Source: Bacillota bacterium
Lineage (GTDB): Bacteria; Bacillota; SHA-98; UBA4971
Length of the DNA: 64,000 nt
Assembly (NCBI GenBank): GCA_014360195.1
Contig: JACIXY010000001.1
Span: forward strand, 305,714 to 369,713
Direction of reading: 5' to 3'
The stretch's first letter is position 1. Each line of letters opens with the position of its first letter. Made by a program: the position numbers and the translations under genes. Of this stretch, positions 38,185 through 49,353 are shown one piece after another. The notes under the pieces were generated by a model that saw only the letters and a program-made list of their open reading frames with translations, made no database searches and was not told the origin of the DNA.

Positions 38185-39225
38185 GTGATAAGGGGCCGCG
38201 GCCTGCGGGCTCCGCGCGGAGGTGCGAAGCCATCCCGGAACGGGCCACCGGACGTCATCTGGGATAGCTTCGGCGTGCGAACTGACCTTGCGGTGGAAGC
38301 ACGCGAATTCGTCGCGCGCAGAACGGGCGCTGAGATCCCTGGGGTCCTCTCGGAGACCGAAAGGACCCAGTACGCGACCATAACCCGGGTGAAGGTCGTC
38401 ACAGAGGAAGCCGAGCGGGCCCTCGGAAAGGTGCGGGGCAACTATGTCACGATAGAATCGCCGCACCTTCGCAGCCGAAGCAAGGAGATACAGGAGGATC
38501 TCGCGCAGACCTTCGCCCGTGAGTTCCTGCGGCTTGCGCCCCTCGCCCCCGACGCGACAGTGCTCGTGGCAGGGCTCGGCAACTGGCAGGCCACGCCCGA
38601 TGCCCTTGGGCCGCGCACGGTCGAGTACCTCACGGTCACCAGGCACCTTCACGGCCTGGTGCCCCCTGAGCTTCGTGGCGGCATGCGGCCGGTGTGCGCC
38701 ATCGCCCCGGGCGTGCTGGGCCTCACCGGGATCGAAACCGGGGAGATAATCCGGGGGGTTGTGAGCAACGTCAGGCCGGACCTCGTTGTGGTGGTAGACG
38801 CGCTTGCGTCCATGTCAACGAGCCGGCTCGGCACGACCATCCAGATGGGCGACACGGGCATCAGGCCGGGGTCGGGTGTAGGTAACAAGCGCCTCGGGAT
38901 CACCAGGGAAAGCCTGGGTGTGCCTGTGGTCGCCGTCGGCGTGCCGCTAGTGGTGGCCGCGGAAACCATAGCCCTTGATGCCATGGAGTTCGTGCAGAGT
39001 CAGGGCGGAGGGCCAAGAGGGGGTCCGGCGCAGGGCGGGCCGGGTGCGGCGGAAAGGCGGCAGTTCCTGAGGCAAGCGCTCGCCCCATACTTCGGGGCCC
39101 TTGTCGTTACACCCAAGGAAATCGACGACCTTGTGGAGGACCTCGCCACCGTCGTTGCGGGCGGCCTCAACGCCGCACTTCATCCGTCCATGGATTGGGA
39201 CAGGATACTCGCGTACCTCTCCTGA
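38185..39225 (+). CDS. gpr: Germination protease GPR
   Basis: RTDLAVEA, GLGN..TPDALGP, PGVLGLTGIET, VDALA, VTPKEID; exact start uncertain. Confidence 0.93.
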   Translation: MIRGRGLRAPRGGAKPSRNGPPDVIWDSFGVRTDLAVEAREFVARRTGAEIPGVLSETERTQYATITRVKVVTEEAERALGKVRGNYVTIESPHLRSRSKEIQEDLAQTFAREFLRLAPLAPDATVLVAGLGNWQATPDALGPRTVEYLTVTRHLHGLVPPELRGGMRPVCAIAPGVLGLTGIETGEIIRGVVSNVRPDLVVVVDALASMSTSRLGTTIQMGDTGIRPGSGVGNKRLGITRESLGVPVVAVGVPLVVAAETIALDAMEFVQSQGGGPRGGPAQGGPGAAERRQFLRQALAPYFGALVVTPKEIDDLVEDLATVVAGGLNAALHPSMDWDRILAYLS

Positions 39226-39367
39226 TAATTGATACTTTGCCAGATACGAAAGCAACATTAGTCTAAATCCCCCACCCGGCTCATATAGATGAGTTAAGCA
39301 GGCAAGGCTCGCCCTGGACGGGCTGGACAGGCGAGCGCTGCGACCGGCAGAGTGGGGGTACGTTGAA

Positions 39368-40693
39368 ATGGGGTCCGTGTGGAGAAGCCACAGGTGGTCC
39401 TGGCGCGCTCGAAGGCGCCCTCAAGCTCAGCTTGCTCGACACCGCGCCGCCACAAAGCCCTGGGGTCCTGCTTTTCTGTATTCTGCAGTACTGCTGGTGG
39501 GCCTCGGCGTGGGGCTCGCCGGCTTTCTGGAGCTTGGGACCGCCCCGGCCGGTGGGGGGATCCTTCCTGTGCTCAGCGGGTTCCTTGTGGAGGGCGAGCG
39601 GAGGCTCACCGACGATACCCGGGCCATGCTGAGCGCCATCGCGCCGCACGGGCTTGTCGAGAGCGCCATTCCCATGTTCGCGCAGGTCCGAAGCAAGGAG
39701 GCGACGACGTCCTTGGGGCTCGCGCCCCGGGGGATCCGATCCCTTGTACTGGCGCTCTCCGAGGCAGACCTCGAGGACCCGAGGACCTTTCTCACTATTG
39801 GGATACCGGGATTTCGTACCTCGGCAAAGGCCCCTCCGGCTGCCGCAAGGCACGGAGCCGCCGACCGGGGCGCAGGCCCGCCGCAGGCCCCAGCGCGTGA
39901 CCAGGTCGGGCTGCCCGACGAGACGAGCACCCTCGAGCATCCGCCGGCCGGCCCGGGAAGCCCGGTCCGCCAGCGGGAGCCGCTGCCGCCGCCCGTCGTG
40001 GTTCCGCGCCCGCTGCCTGCGGAGCCTGGCGTAGAGGAGCCGCATCGCGTCCCGACGCGGGGGTGGGGCGACGAGCCGCTTGTGTTCATCTACCACTCGC
40101 ATAGCTCGGAGGCATACAGGCTGACCTCGGGGGCGGACCACGTGTGGGGCAGTGAGGAGGGTGTCATCGCCGTAGGTGCCGCGCTCGCGAAAGCTCTTTC
40201 GGAGAAGTACAACATTCCTGTTCTCCACTCGCGCAAGATCCACGACTACCCGGTGTGGAGGGAGGCGTACATCAACTCGTATAAGACGGTTTCTGACGCC
40301 CTGGAGAAACACCCCACGATAGAAATGGTGCTCGACGTGCACCGGGACGCGGGAACGACGCGGCTCTCAGGTCCGCCCACCGTGGAGATAGGCGGCCGGA
40401 AGGCCGCGCGGGTGTTCATCGTCGTGACGACGGACCGGTTCGGGCTTCCCCATCCGAACTGGCGCGAGAATCTAGCCTTTGCCTACTACCTCAACGCAAA
40501 GATGGATGAGATGTACCCCGGACTGTCCCGGGGGATCAACGTGCGTGACGACGCCAGGTGGAACCAGCACGTCCATAACAGGGCGGTCATCCTGGAGATC
40601 GGCTGTGAACAGAACACAAGGCAGGAAGCGGAGACAGCGGCAGCGCTCCTTGCGGATGTCATAGCATGCGTGCTGGAGGATATCCAGCGATGA
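39368..40693 (+). CDS. spoIIP: Stage II sporulation protein P
   Basis: IYHSHSSEAY, LDVHRD, YPGLSRG, WNQH, LEIG; follows gpr. Confidence 0.9.
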   Translation: MGSVWRSHRWSWRARRRPQAQLARHRAATKPWGPAFLYSAVLLVGLGVGLAGFLELGTAPAGGGILPVLSGFLVEGERRLTDDTRAMLSAIAPHGLVESAIPMFAQVRSKEATTSLGLAPRGIRSLVLALSEADLEDPRTFLTIGIPGFRTSAKAPPAAARHGAADRGAGPPQAPARDQVGLPDETSTLEHPPAGPGSPVRQREPLPPPVVVPRPLPAEPGVEEPHRVPTRGWGDEPLVFIYHSHSSEAYRLTSGADHVWGSEEGVIAVGAALAKALSEKYNIPVLHSRKIHDYPVWREAYINSYKTVSDALEKHPTIEMVLDVHRDAGTTRLSGPPTVEIGGRKAARVFIVVTTDRFGLPHPNWRENLAFAYYLNAKMDEMYPGLSRGINVRDDARWNQHVHNRAVILEIGCEQNTRQEAETAAALLADVIACVLEDIQR

Positions 40694-41172
40694 GGTGGAT
40701 GGCTGCTGCCCGGGCGGGTGGCTGGGCCATGTGCGTCGTTCTGTTCGGCGTGCTTGCCGCGTGTGGTTTGAACCTCGTGGAGCGGGCCCAGAACGACCTT
40801 ATTGGTGTGGACAGGCCAGTGTCGTCTGTACGCATCGAGCGTGTTGCGAAGCACGGCTACCTGGTCTACCTGCTGGGCACCTCGTATTGTGTGGACCTTG
40901 GCGACGAAGTTGCCGTTGCGCGACGCGCTCAGCTGAGGACCTCACTCGTTGCCCGCGAAGGCGCCCGCCGCGCCGCCGCGGCCGCAAGATGCGCTGCTCA
41001 CGTCATGAGCGAGGCCTGTACCCGCCTTCGGACCTGGCTCCAAAATCTCTGGGCCACCTCCGGGTCGGGCGGGGGTTGCCGCGATCCGCGGGCCGTCGAG
41101 AGGAAGGACGGATCGTCCCGCATGTCGAAACCAACCATGGACGTGCAGCGTGAATCGATCACGGGACCCTGA
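40690..41172 (+). CDS. Hypothetical membrane-anchored protein
   Basis: ATGA overlap with the spoIIP stop, GGAGG RBS, one hydrophobic segment. Confidence 0.55.
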   Translation: MRWMAAARAGGWAMCVVLFGVLAACGLNLVERAQNDLIGVDRPVSSVRIERVAKHGYLVYLLGTSYCVDLGDEVAVARRAQLRTSLVAREGARRAAAAARCAAHVMSEACTRLRTWLQNLWATSGSGGGCRDPRAVERKDGSSRMSKPTMDVQRESITGP

Positions 41173-41188
41173 GGAGGTGGAGCCCGGA

Positions 41189-41614
41189 GTGTATTGCATC
41201 ACCCACTTCATCGCAGGCGCCATCATTGGAACGGCCGTCCCCGGCCCGGTCAGCGCGGCCTGCGCAGGGCTTGTGAGCCACGCGGTGCTCGACAGCGTGC
41301 CGCACTCAGAGTACAGCCGCGCTTCCCAAGGCGTGCTGGACGTCGTCTGCACATGTCTCTTCGCCCTGGGCATACTGATGGCAGGGGCGGACGTGCGTGC
41401 CATCGCAGGCGGCCTCGGCGGGGCGCTGCCCGACCTGGAGGTTGCGGCGGCTTTTCTGTTTCCGAGGGCGTACAGGCCGCACGGACGCCTTAGCCTGGTC
41501 TTCCCGAGCCACAGCGGGCTTATACGGCACAGGCGCCTTGTGTTCCCGTGGGGGGCTCTTACGCAAGCCCTTGCCATCTGTGGGCTGGGAGCGCTCTTTT
41601 TTTGGGCTTTCTGA
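41189..41614 (+). CDS. Hypothetical membrane protein with His/Asp motifs (possible membrane metal-dependent hydrolase)
   Basis: THFIAG, SHAVLDSVPH, GGALPDL, FPSH; strong GAGGAGGTG RBS. Confidence 0.7.
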   Translation: MYCITHFIAGAIIGTAVPGPVSAACAGLVSHAVLDSVPHSEYSRASQGVLDVVCTCLFALGILMAGADVRAIAGGLGGALPDLEVAAAFLFPRAYRPHGRLSLVFPSHSGLIRHRRLVFPWGALTQALAICGLGALFFWAF

Positions 41615-41647
41615 CAGCGAGTCGTCCGACAAAGCGGATATCAGGCT

Positions 41648-41761
41648 CGACGGGCCAGATTTTGGTGAAGCGCGCCCCGCTTGGGGCGCCGTCCCCGAAT
41701 GCAGCACCGGCAACCCGACACCTGCCAGAAAACCAGAACGGACCAATGAACCCTCAGTTAG
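41648..41761. repeat. 5'-truncated copy of the palindromic element (long core 3' half + C-type arm)
   Basis: CGACGGGCCAGATTTTGG...CGCCCCGCTTGGGGCGCCGTCCCCGAATGCAGCACCGGCAACCC...CCCTCAGTTAG. Confidence 0.88.
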
Positions 41762-41812
41762 GAATGTTCGGTGCCTGATGCTGCGTGCGGCCGCCGAGCC
41801 GTGAAAACGCGC

Positions 41813-41842
41813 TTGACAAAGGATGAAACAGGGTGGTATGTT
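41813..41842 (+). promoter_or_regulatory. SigA promoter of the hrcA/dnaK operon
   Basis: TTGACA-18-TATGTT with extended TG. Confidence 0.75.
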
Positions 41843-41855
41843 TATCGCGGGAAGT

Positions 41856-41882
41856 TTAGCACTCTGGTCGTGCGAGTGCTAA
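41856..41882 (+). promoter_or_regulatory. CIRCE operator (HrcA site)
   Basis: Perfect TTAGCACTC-N9-GAGTGCTAA. Confidence 0.98.
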
Positions 41883-41898
41883 CGAAGGAGGATTCGTG

Positions 41899-42948
41899 AT
41901 GGGCTTCCAGCCGGTGATGGACGCCAGAAAAAGGCGCATACTGGAAGCAGTCACCGATGACTATATCAATACCGCGGAGCCGGTAGGGTCCCGCACGATT
42001 GCGCGCAGGTACAACCTGGGCGTCAGCCCTGCCACCATTAGAAACGAGATGGCAGACCTGGAAGAGTCGGGCTACCTCGAACAGCCCCATACGTCCTCCG
42101 GGCGCATCCCGTCCGAGAAGGGTTATCGCTTCTATGTGGACTTCATTATGAAGCGGAAGCCTGTCTCCGAAGACGAAAGGGCGCGCATCAGGCGAACCCT
42201 GGCTGAAAAGCGGCGCGAGATCGACCTGATAATCGAGGAAACCGCGAGAATACTCGCGCATCTGTCCAGGTACGCCGCTTTCGTGCTGTCGCCGATCTCG
42301 AGGGCAGGAGTGTTCAGGCGAGTCGAGATTCTGCCGGTTGACAGCCGGAATGTCCTCGTTATTCTCATCATAGATCCCGGTTTCGTGCGCACACACCTTA
42401 TTGCGACGGGGCGCCCCCTGACGAGGCAGCAGCTAGCGCACATTGCGCAATTCCTCAACTTGCGGCTCGCCAATCTTCCACTATCTCGCATAGGGACGCA
42501 GCTCCTCCGCGAGATCAAGTCCGAGCTCGACGACTACAACAGCTTCGTCGACGCGACAATCGAGGCAATTGCGCAGTCCCTCGAGGACCGGCATGAGGAA
42601 CAGGTGTACAGCGACGGCCAGGTGAACCTCCTTGAGCAGCCGGAGTTTCAGGATATCTCGAAGGCCAGGACGGTGCTGGAGTTCCTCGCCGAAGACGACG
42701 CACTTTACGAGCTTCTCTCCGGCGTAGTGGAGACAAGGGGCGTGACCGTCACCATCGGCCGCGAGGCAGGGCATCCCAGCATGAACCTGTGCAGTATGGT
42801 GAGCGCGCCGTATGAAGTCCGGGGCGTCCCCATGGGCGCGCTTGGCGTGGTCGGCCCGACCCGCATGCATTACTCGCGCGTTGTGGCTTTGGTTGAGTTC
42901 GTTGCCGAGAACCTCGGCGATATCCTCACGAGGATCCTGGTCATGTGA
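41899..42948 (+). CDS. hrcA: Heat-inducible transcription repressor HrcA
   Basis: [38 protein letters not shown]. Confidence 0.97.
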   Translation: MGFQPVMDARKRRILEAVTDDYINTAEPVGSRTIARRYNLGVSPATIRNEMADLEESGYLEQPHTSSGRIPSEKGYRFYVDFIMKRKPVSEDERARIRRTLAEKRREIDLIIEETARILAHLSRYAAFVLSPISRAGVFRRVEILPVDSRNVLVILIIDPGFVRTHLIATGRPLTRQQLAHIAQFLNLRLANLPLSRIGTQLLREIKSELDDYNSFVDATIEAIAQSLEDRHEEQVYSDGQVNLLEQPEFQDISKARTVLEFLAEDDALYELLSGVVETRGVTVTIGREAGHPSMNLCSMVSAPYEVRGVPMGALGVVGPTRMHYSRVVALVEFVAENLGDILTRILVM

Positions 42949-43048
42949 CGCATCCAGGCGGTTGCCGGGTGTCATCAGGCGTTTTTCGGCGCATGGGGTT
43001 AAGGTCAGCTTAGCCCCATGAAACTGTTTCGGGGAGAGAGGGGTTCTT

Positions 43049-44611
43049 TTGAGCGAGCGGCGCAAGGCAACCGAGACCGGCGGGAATGAGAGGATGGCGG
43101 CGCTAATCTCCAATGCCTCCGCGCTTCGAGCGGTGGCATCGGCCGTCGAGGGGACCATCGGCCCCAAGGGCCTCGACACCATGCTTGTAGACAGGTTTGG
43201 GGACGTGGTCGTGACCAACGATGGGTGCACGATCCTGGAGCGTATGGAGGCAACGCATCCGGCTGCGAAGATGCTCATCAACGTCGCCAGGGCCCAGCAG
43301 GAGGAGATCGGTGACGGAACCACGACCGCTACGATTATGGCGAGTGCCCTCGTGCAGGCTGGCCTTGACATGGTGGCCGATGGCGTGCCGGTGCCGCGCC
43401 TCATAGAGGGTGTGAGGGTGGGTGCCAAGGCCGCCATCGAGACGCTGGAGCGATCTGCCCGGCCGGTCGCCGGGCTTGACGATCCCCTGCTCCTGCGCGT
43501 GGCACACACGGCGGGAAGGGGCCACGAGGACATAGCCATGCTCGCCGTGGACGCTGCGAAGCTCGTAGGCATGGATAACCTCCTTGACCCGGCCTTTCGG
43601 CTGCGGGATGCCATCGTCGCTCAGGAGGGAGCGAGGAACGAGGTATTCATGGGGGTCATCGTGAAGAAGGGAAGGCACAACAGGCACATGCCTGCGAGCG
43701 CGGTTCCCGCGAGGATCCTGGTGCTCGATGACGCGCTCCAGCCTGAGAAGCTCGATGACGAGGCGCTCGCCACCGAGCGCGGCATCGAGAGGCACCTTTC
43801 TCTCCAGGAGGAGTTCGAGCGTAACCTGAGACGGCTTGTGGCGTGCGGGGTCAACGTGATCCTGGTGGACCGGGGTCTTGCGGACATCGCAGAGGACGTC
43901 CTCACGGACGCGGGTGTCATGGTCGCAACGAGGGTGTCCTGGCGGGACCTTCGCAGGGTTGCCGAGCACACAGGCGCCCGCCCCGTGAAGCGCTCATGGC
44001 TCGCCCGGTCGGCCGGCGAGATCGAGAAGGTCCTCGGGAGGGCCGAGAGAGTGTACGAGGACGAGAAGCTTTCGGAAATCCGAATAGTCGGGGGCCGCGG
44101 CAAGCCGATGGCGACGATAGTGGTGGGGGCGGCGACGAGCGACGTCGTCGGGGAGCGCGAACGGATCGCCCATGATGCCGTCTCGGCGGTCCAGGCCGCA
44201 GTCAGGGGCGGAGTGGTTCCTGGCGGTGGCGCGGCCGAGATCGCCGCGGCGAGGCGCCTTGCGGCGGTGAGGCAGGAAGTGAAGGGCATGGCGGCTTACG
44301 GCGTAGACTGCGTTGTGGCCGCGCTCAAACGGCCGCTTGCCCAGATCGTCCAGAATGCAGGGTACAACCCCCTTGAAAAGGTCGAGGAAGCGCTGGTGGC
44401 CCAGTCCGCGAGGGGCAGCGACAGCCTCGCCGTGAACTGCGATACGGGCGAGATAGCTGATATGCTGGCTCTAGGTGTCGTGGACCCGGCACCCGTGAAG
44501 CTTTACGCCCTGAGGGCGGCGGCAGAGGTTGGAGAGGCTGTCCTCAGGATTGACAGGATAGTGAAAAAGAGAGAGGATAACGTGGGTGAGGCGAAGGAGG
44601 CAGACACGTGA
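43049..44611 (+). CDS. Thermosome-like (group III) chaperonin, TCP-1/cpn60 family
   Basis: [47 protein letters not shown]. Confidence 0.9.
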   Translation: MSERRKATETGGNERMAALISNASALRAVASAVEGTIGPKGLDTMLVDRFGDVVVTNDGCTILERMEATHPAAKMLINVARAQQEEIGDGTTTATIMASALVQAGLDMVADGVPVPRLIEGVRVGAKAAIETLERSARPVAGLDDPLLLRVAHTAGRGHEDIAMLAVDAAKLVGMDNLLDPAFRLRDAIVAQEGARNEVFMGVIVKKGRHNRHMPASAVPARILVLDDALQPEKLDDEALATERGIERHLSLQEEFERNLRRLVACGVNVILVDRGLADIAEDVLTDAGVMVATRVSWRDLRRVAEHTGARPVKRSWLARSAGEIEKVLGRAERVYEDEKLSEIRIVGGRGKPMATIVVGAATSDVVGERERIAHDAVSAVQAAVRGGVVPGGGAAEIAAARRLAAVRQEVKGMAAYGVDCVVAALKRPLAQIVQNAGYNPLEKVEEALVAQSARGSDSLAVNCDTGEIADMLALGVVDPAPVKLYALRAAAEVGEAVLRIDRIVKKREDNVGEAKEADT

Positions 44612-45339
44612 GCGAGGAGGCTTTTGAGGCCCAGGGCTGTGCGCCCGCCGATGACGGGACAACCAGGCAGGAGGTTGCGCCGGACTCAACCCAGGAGACT
44701 CGCGCCGCCGACCAGTCCACGGGAGAGGCCGCGGAGGGTGCAGAGAGCGCGGAGAACAAGGTGGATCTCGAAGCATTGCTCCGTCAGGAAACGGCGCTCA
44801 AGGAAAGGTATCTCGCCGGGTGGCAGCGGGCTCAGGCTGACCTGGAGAACCTTAAAAAGCGTGTGGCGCGTGAGCAGGCGGAATTCCGCACGGTGGTCGT
44901 GGAGGCTCTCGTCAAGGACATGCTCCCCGCCCTCGACAGTCTGGAGCGGGCGGTAAAGCACGCGAAGACGAGCGCAGCTGACGAGGGCATAGCACAGGGC
45001 CTGGACCTTGTGATGAATAAGTTTCTGGAGTTTCTCGAGAGGGAGGGCATAAGGCCAATCTCGGCTGCCGGGGAGCCGTATGACCCCATGAGGCACGAGG
45101 CTATATTGCAGGTGCCCACCAGCAAAGTGGAGGAAGGCACCGTTCTCGAGGAAGTTCAGCGAGGGTACGCGTCCAGGGACCGCGTGATCAGGCCCGCGCT
45201 CGTGACGGTGGCGTGCAGGCCTGCCCCGCAGCCCGAGGGGGCGGCCACCGATGCAGCCAATGACGCTGACGGGGCTGGCGGAGCTGGCGGAGCTGGCGAG
45301 GAGATGGAAGCCGGCGACGCGGGTAGCGACCGCGAGTAG
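44608..45339 (+). CDS. grpE: Nucleotide exchange factor GrpE
   Basis: RAQADLENLKKR, LPALDSLERA, YDPMRHEA, QRGY, RPALV. Confidence 0.95.
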   Translation: MSEEAFEAQGCAPADDGTTRQEVAPDSTQETRAADQSTGEAAEGAESAENKVDLEALLRQETALKERYLAGWQRAQADLENLKKRVAREQAEFRTVVVEALVKDMLPALDSLERAVKHAKTSAADEGIAQGLDLVMNKFLEFLEREGIRPISAAGEPYDPMRHEAILQVPTSKVEEGTVLEEVQRGYASRDRVIRPALVTVACRPAPQPEGAATDAANDADGAGGAGGAGEEMEAGDAGSDRE

Positions 45340-45499
45340 GCGTCCCATCCCGCGGTGCCGGGTGGCCCGAGGGGTAGACGCCTGTGCGGACGCGCGAGAT
45401 GTATCGCCGACGTTTCGCCGTGCGGTTGCGGTTCGGTGGGCAGCGCTTCGCAGAAAGTGCACGTTTTGTAGATAGTGCAGGAGATGAGGGGGTAGGACG

Positions 45500-47380
45500 A
45501 TGTCACGAGTGGTAGGAATAGATCTCGGAACGACCAACTCAGTCATCGCCGTGATGGAGGGCGGCGAGGCTAAGGTCATCCCGAACGCCGAAGGTTCGAG
45601 GCTCACTCCCTCGGCTGTGGCTTTTTCCAAGACAGGAGAGCGAATGGTCGGACAGGTTGCCAAGAGGCAAGCTGTCGTCAACCCTGAGAGAACCATTCTG
45701 TCCATCAAGAGAAAGATGGGCACGACCTACAGGGTAAGGATCGACGACAAGGAGTACACGCCACAGGAGATCTCCGCCATGATCCTCCGCAAGCTCAAGG
45801 AGGACGCCGAGGCGTACCTGGGGGAGAAGGTGGAGAAAGCCGTCATAACTGTCCCCGCGTATTTCACTGATGCCCAGCGGCAGGCGACCAAGGACGCCGG
45901 GAGGATCGCGGGTCTCGAGGTCCTCCGGATCATCAACGAGCCGACTGCAGCCGCTCTGGCTTACGGCCTCGATAAGGGCCAGGACCACACGATCCTCGTG
46001 TTCGATCTGGGCGGCGGCACGTTCGACGTCTCAATCCTGGAGCTTGGGGACGGCGTCTTCGAGGTAAAGGCCACTTCCGGCAACAACCTCCTGGGCGGGG
46101 ACGACTTCGACAGGAGGATCGTGGACTACGTAGCGGAGGAGTTCTCAAAACAGCACGGCATAGACTTGCGCAAAGACAGGGTCGCCCTGCAGCGGCTGAC
46201 TGAGGCTGCGGAGAAGGCCAAAATCGAGCTGTCGGGGCTTCTCACGGCCAACATTAACCTGCCGTTCATCGCGGCTGACTCAAGCGGGCAGCCCCTGCAC
46301 CTGGACATGACGCTGACCAGGGCGAAGCTGGAAGAGCTCACGCAGGACCTTGTCGAAAAGACCCTCGGGCCTACTCGAAGGGCGCTCGCAGACGCGGGGC
46401 TTGAGCCCAAGGACATCGACAAAGTGATCCTCGTTGGCGGACAGACCAGGATGCCCGCGGTACAGAGGGCCATCAGGGACCTCATCGGCAAGGAGCCGCA
46501 CAAGGGCGTGAACCCCGATGAGGTGGTGGCTCTCGGAGCCGCCATCCAGGCGGGCGTGCTCGCCGGCGAGGTGCGCGACGTGTTGCTTCTCGACGTGACC
46601 CCGCTGTCCCTTGGTATCGAGACGCTCGGCGGGGTGTTCACGAAGCTCATCGAGCGCAACACGACCATCCCGACCACCAAGAAGCAGATATTCTCGACGG
46701 CGGCTGACAACCAGACAACGGTGGAAATCAACGTGCTCCAGGGCGAGCGGCCAATGGCCGCCGACAACGTGTCCCTGGGGAGGTTCCAGCTTACCGGGAT
46801 ACCCCCCGCGCCCCGCGGGGTGCCGCAGATCGAGGTGACCTTCGATATCGACGTAAACGGTATAGTCCACGTGTCAGCCAAAGACCTCGGAACGGGCAGG
46901 GAGCAGAAGATCACCATCACGTCATCGAGCGGCGTATCACGTGAGGATATCGAGCGGATGGTCAAGGAAGCGGAGGCCCACGCCGAGGAAGACAAGCGCA
47001 GGCGCGAAGAGGCTGAGCTCCGTAACGAAGCTGACTCGCTCATATACACCGCCGAGAAGACCCTCAGGGAGCACAAGGATAAGATATCCGGCGATCAGGC
47101 GGCGAAGGTCGACCGAGCGAAAGAGAACCTGCGCTCTGCGCTTGCGGGCAAGGACATCGCAGCCATCAAGGCTCGCAAGGACGATCTCCTCGGCGCGCTG
47201 CACGAGGTGACAACGGCGATGTACAGCCACGCCCAGGCGGCCGGACCCAGTGCCGGTGCGGGTGCGGGCGGCGACGGGGCGACCGGGACCGGCGGCTCTT
47301 CGGGAGGCGCAGGAGGAGCCAGGTCAGGCGGGCGCGACGATGTCGTCGACGCCGAGTATAAAGAGGTCAAGGACGAGTAA
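45500..47380 (+). CDS. dnaK: Chaperone DnaK
   Basis: [31 protein letters not shown]. Confidence 0.98.
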   Translation: MSRVVGIDLGTTNSVIAVMEGGEAKVIPNAEGSRLTPSAVAFSKTGERMVGQVAKRQAVVNPERTILSIKRKMGTTYRVRIDDKEYTPQEISAMILRKLKEDAEAYLGEKVEKAVITVPAYFTDAQRQATKDAGRIAGLEVLRIINEPTAAALAYGLDKGQDHTILVFDLGGGTFDVSILELGDGVFEVKATSGNNLLGGDDFDRRIVDYVAEEFSKQHGIDLRKDRVALQRLTEAAEKAKIELSGLLTANINLPFIAADSSGQPLHLDMTLTRAKLEELTQDLVEKTLGPTRRALADAGLEPKDIDKVILVGGQTRMPAVQRAIRDLIGKEPHKGVNPDEVVALGAAIQAGVLAGEVRDVLLLDVTPLSLGIETLGGVFTKLIERNTTIPTTKKQIFSTAADNQTTVEINVLQGERPMAADNVSLGRFQLTGIPPAPRGVPQIEVTFDIDVNGIVHVSAKDLGTGREQKITITSSSGVSREDIERMVKEAEAHAEEDKRRREEAELRNEADSLIYTAEKTLREHKDKISGDQAAKVDRAKENLRSALAGKDIAAIKARKDDLLGALHEVTTAMYSHAQAAGPSAGAGAGGDGATGTGGSSGGAGGARSGGRDDVVDAEYKEVKDE

Positions 47381-47426
47381 CCCCGCATCTTGCGGCTTGT
47401 GCGCCGCATGTCCAGGGGTGTGAAGA

Positions 47427-48575
47427 TTGGCAAAGCGCGACTACTACGAAGTCCTGGGTGTGGACAGAAACGCAAGCCAGGATGAGATCAAGAAAGCGTT
47501 CCGGAAGCTTGCGCGCAAGTACCACCCGGACATGAACAAAGAGGATCCCTCCGCCGAGGAGAAGTTCAAGGAGATAAACGAAGCGTACGAGGTGCTATCC
47601 GACCCGGAGAAGCGCCGTCGCTACGATCAGTTCGGCCATGCCGCGGAAGGCCCGGCCGGCGGGCCTGGCGGCATGGGCGGCTGGGATTTCGGCGACTTCG
47701 GCACGTCGTTCGACAGCATCTTCGACATGTTCTTCGGCGGCGGTTTCGGCGGGACGAGGGCTGCAAGGCCGGGCCCGGAGAGAGGCGCCGACCTCCGCTA
47801 CGATCTCGAGATTTCGCTGGAAGAAGCCGCCTTAGGTCTTGAGAGGGAGATCGAGGTAGTGCGCCTCGATACTTGCTCCAAGTGCGGCGGCACGGGGGCG
47901 AAGCCGGGCACATCGCCTGTCACGTGCCCGGTGTGCGGTGGTCGAGGCCAGACCACCCAAGTGCGGACCACCGCCTTCGGGAGGTTCACCAGCATCACCA
48001 CATGCCCCCGGTGCGGAGGCGAGGGCAGGGTGATCGAATCGCCGTGCCAGACGTGTCAGGGCCGGGGCAGGGTCCGCAAGCGCAAGAAGATCAGGGTGAG
48101 AATCCCCGCCGGAGTGGACTCCGGAATGCGCGTGCGGGTGGCCGGTGAGGGCGAAGCCGGGGTGCGCGGCGGGCCGCCGGGGGACCTCTTCGTCTTCATC
48201 ACCGTGAGACCGCACGAGGTTTTCCAGCGGGAAGGGAACGATATATTCTGCGAGATCCCTATAAGCATCTGGCAGGCAGCTCTGGGTGATGACATAGAGG
48301 TGCCCGCCCTTGAAGGCAGGGCGTCGCTTCACATCCCGGAGGGGACTCAAACCGGCACAGCCTTTCGCCTGCGGGGCAAGGGGATTCCCGATGTACACGG
48401 CGGTCCCCGTGGAGACCAGTACGTCAGGGTGAAAGTGGTGACGCCGACGAGGCTCACAGACAGGGAGAAGGAGCTTATCCGGGAGCTCGCGAGGCTACGG
48501 GGTGCGCACAAGACCGACGATGGGCCGAGAAGTTTCTTCCAGAAGGTCCGCGACGCGTGGGAGCGCCACGCGTGA
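47427..48575 (+). CDS. dnaJ: Chaperone DnaJ
   Basis: HPD, G/F region, four CxxCxGxG repeats. Confidence 0.98.
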   Translation: MAKRDYYEVLGVDRNASQDEIKKAFRKLARKYHPDMNKEDPSAEEKFKEINEAYEVLSDPEKRRRYDQFGHAAEGPAGGPGGMGGWDFGDFGTSFDSIFDMFFGGGFGGTRAARPGPERGADLRYDLEISLEEAALGLEREIEVVRLDTCSKCGGTGAKPGTSPVTCPVCGGRGQTTQVRTTAFGRFTSITTCPRCGGEGRVIESPCQTCQGRGRVRKRKKIRVRIPAGVDSGMRVRVAGEGEAGVRGGPPGDLFVFITVRPHEVFQREGNDIFCEIPISIWQAALGDDIEVPALEGRASLHIPEGTQTGTAFRLRGKGIPDVHGGPRGDQYVRVKVVTPTRLTDREKELIRELARLRGAHKTDDGPRSFFQKVRDAWERHA

Positions 48576-49353
48576 GCGGGGGCGTCCGAGGTTCTTCGTA
48601 CCCGGGCTCACCACGGCCGGGTCCACGGTAGCCATAACCGGCCAGGATGCCCGCCATATCCTTCGCGTCCTCAGGCTTGGGCCCGGCGATGAGATCGAGG
48701 CCGTGGACGGCGCCGGGGCGGAGCGCCGTGGCCTCATCATAAGGGCCGGAGGCGACGAGGTGCTGGTGATGCTGGCAGAGGGCAGCGACGTATGCCGCGA
48801 GCCCTCTGTATTCATTACTATTCTTCAGGGGCTTCCGAAGGGCGACAAGATGGATGAGGTCGTCAGGAGGAACACCGAGATAGGCGTAAGCCGGTTCCTG
48901 CCCGTGGTGACCGAGCGTACCGTGGCACGGCCGGACCCGTCGGGGGCTGCGAGGCGGGTGCAACGGTGGAGGCGGATCGCGCGTGAAGCCTCCAAACAGT
49001 CCGGGCGGCAGCGCGTGCCGGATGTGCTTGACATCATGGGCTTCCAGGAGGCGCTCGAGCAGGTGGCCTCCGGCACCGGCCCGGATGCATCCGCGCCGGA
49101 CGACCGCCTCATCATCATGCCCTGGGAGCTGGAAAGAGCGCGGAGCATCCGAGACGTGCTGCGGGAGCGCCGTGGAGCCCGCGACATTCTCGTCTTCGTC
49201 GGGCCGGAGGGCGGGTTTTCCCGGGAAGAGGTTGGACAGGCTGTCGCGTGCGGGGCCGTAACGTGCGGGCTGGGCCCGAGGATACTCCGGACGGAGACGG
49301 CGGGCCTCGTGGTGGCTTCGATCATCCTGTACGAGGCCGGGGAGATGGGGTAG
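48520..49353 (+). CDS. rsmE: 16S rRNA m3U1498 methyltransferase RsmE (start unclear)
   Basis: [39 protein letters not shown]. Confidence 0.9.
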   Translation: MGREVSSRRSATRGSATRERGRPRFFVPGLTTAGSTVAITGQDARHILRVLRLGPGDEIEAVDGAGAERRGLIIRAGGDEVLVMLAEGSDVCREPSVFITILQGLPKGDKMDEVVRRNTEIGVSRFLPVVTERTVARPDPSGAARRVQRWRRIAREASKQSGRQRVPDVLDIMGFQEALEQVASGTGPDASAPDDRLIIMPWELERARSIRDVLRERRGARDILVFVGPEGGFSREEVGQAVACGAVTCGLGPRILRTETAGLVVASIILYEAGEMG

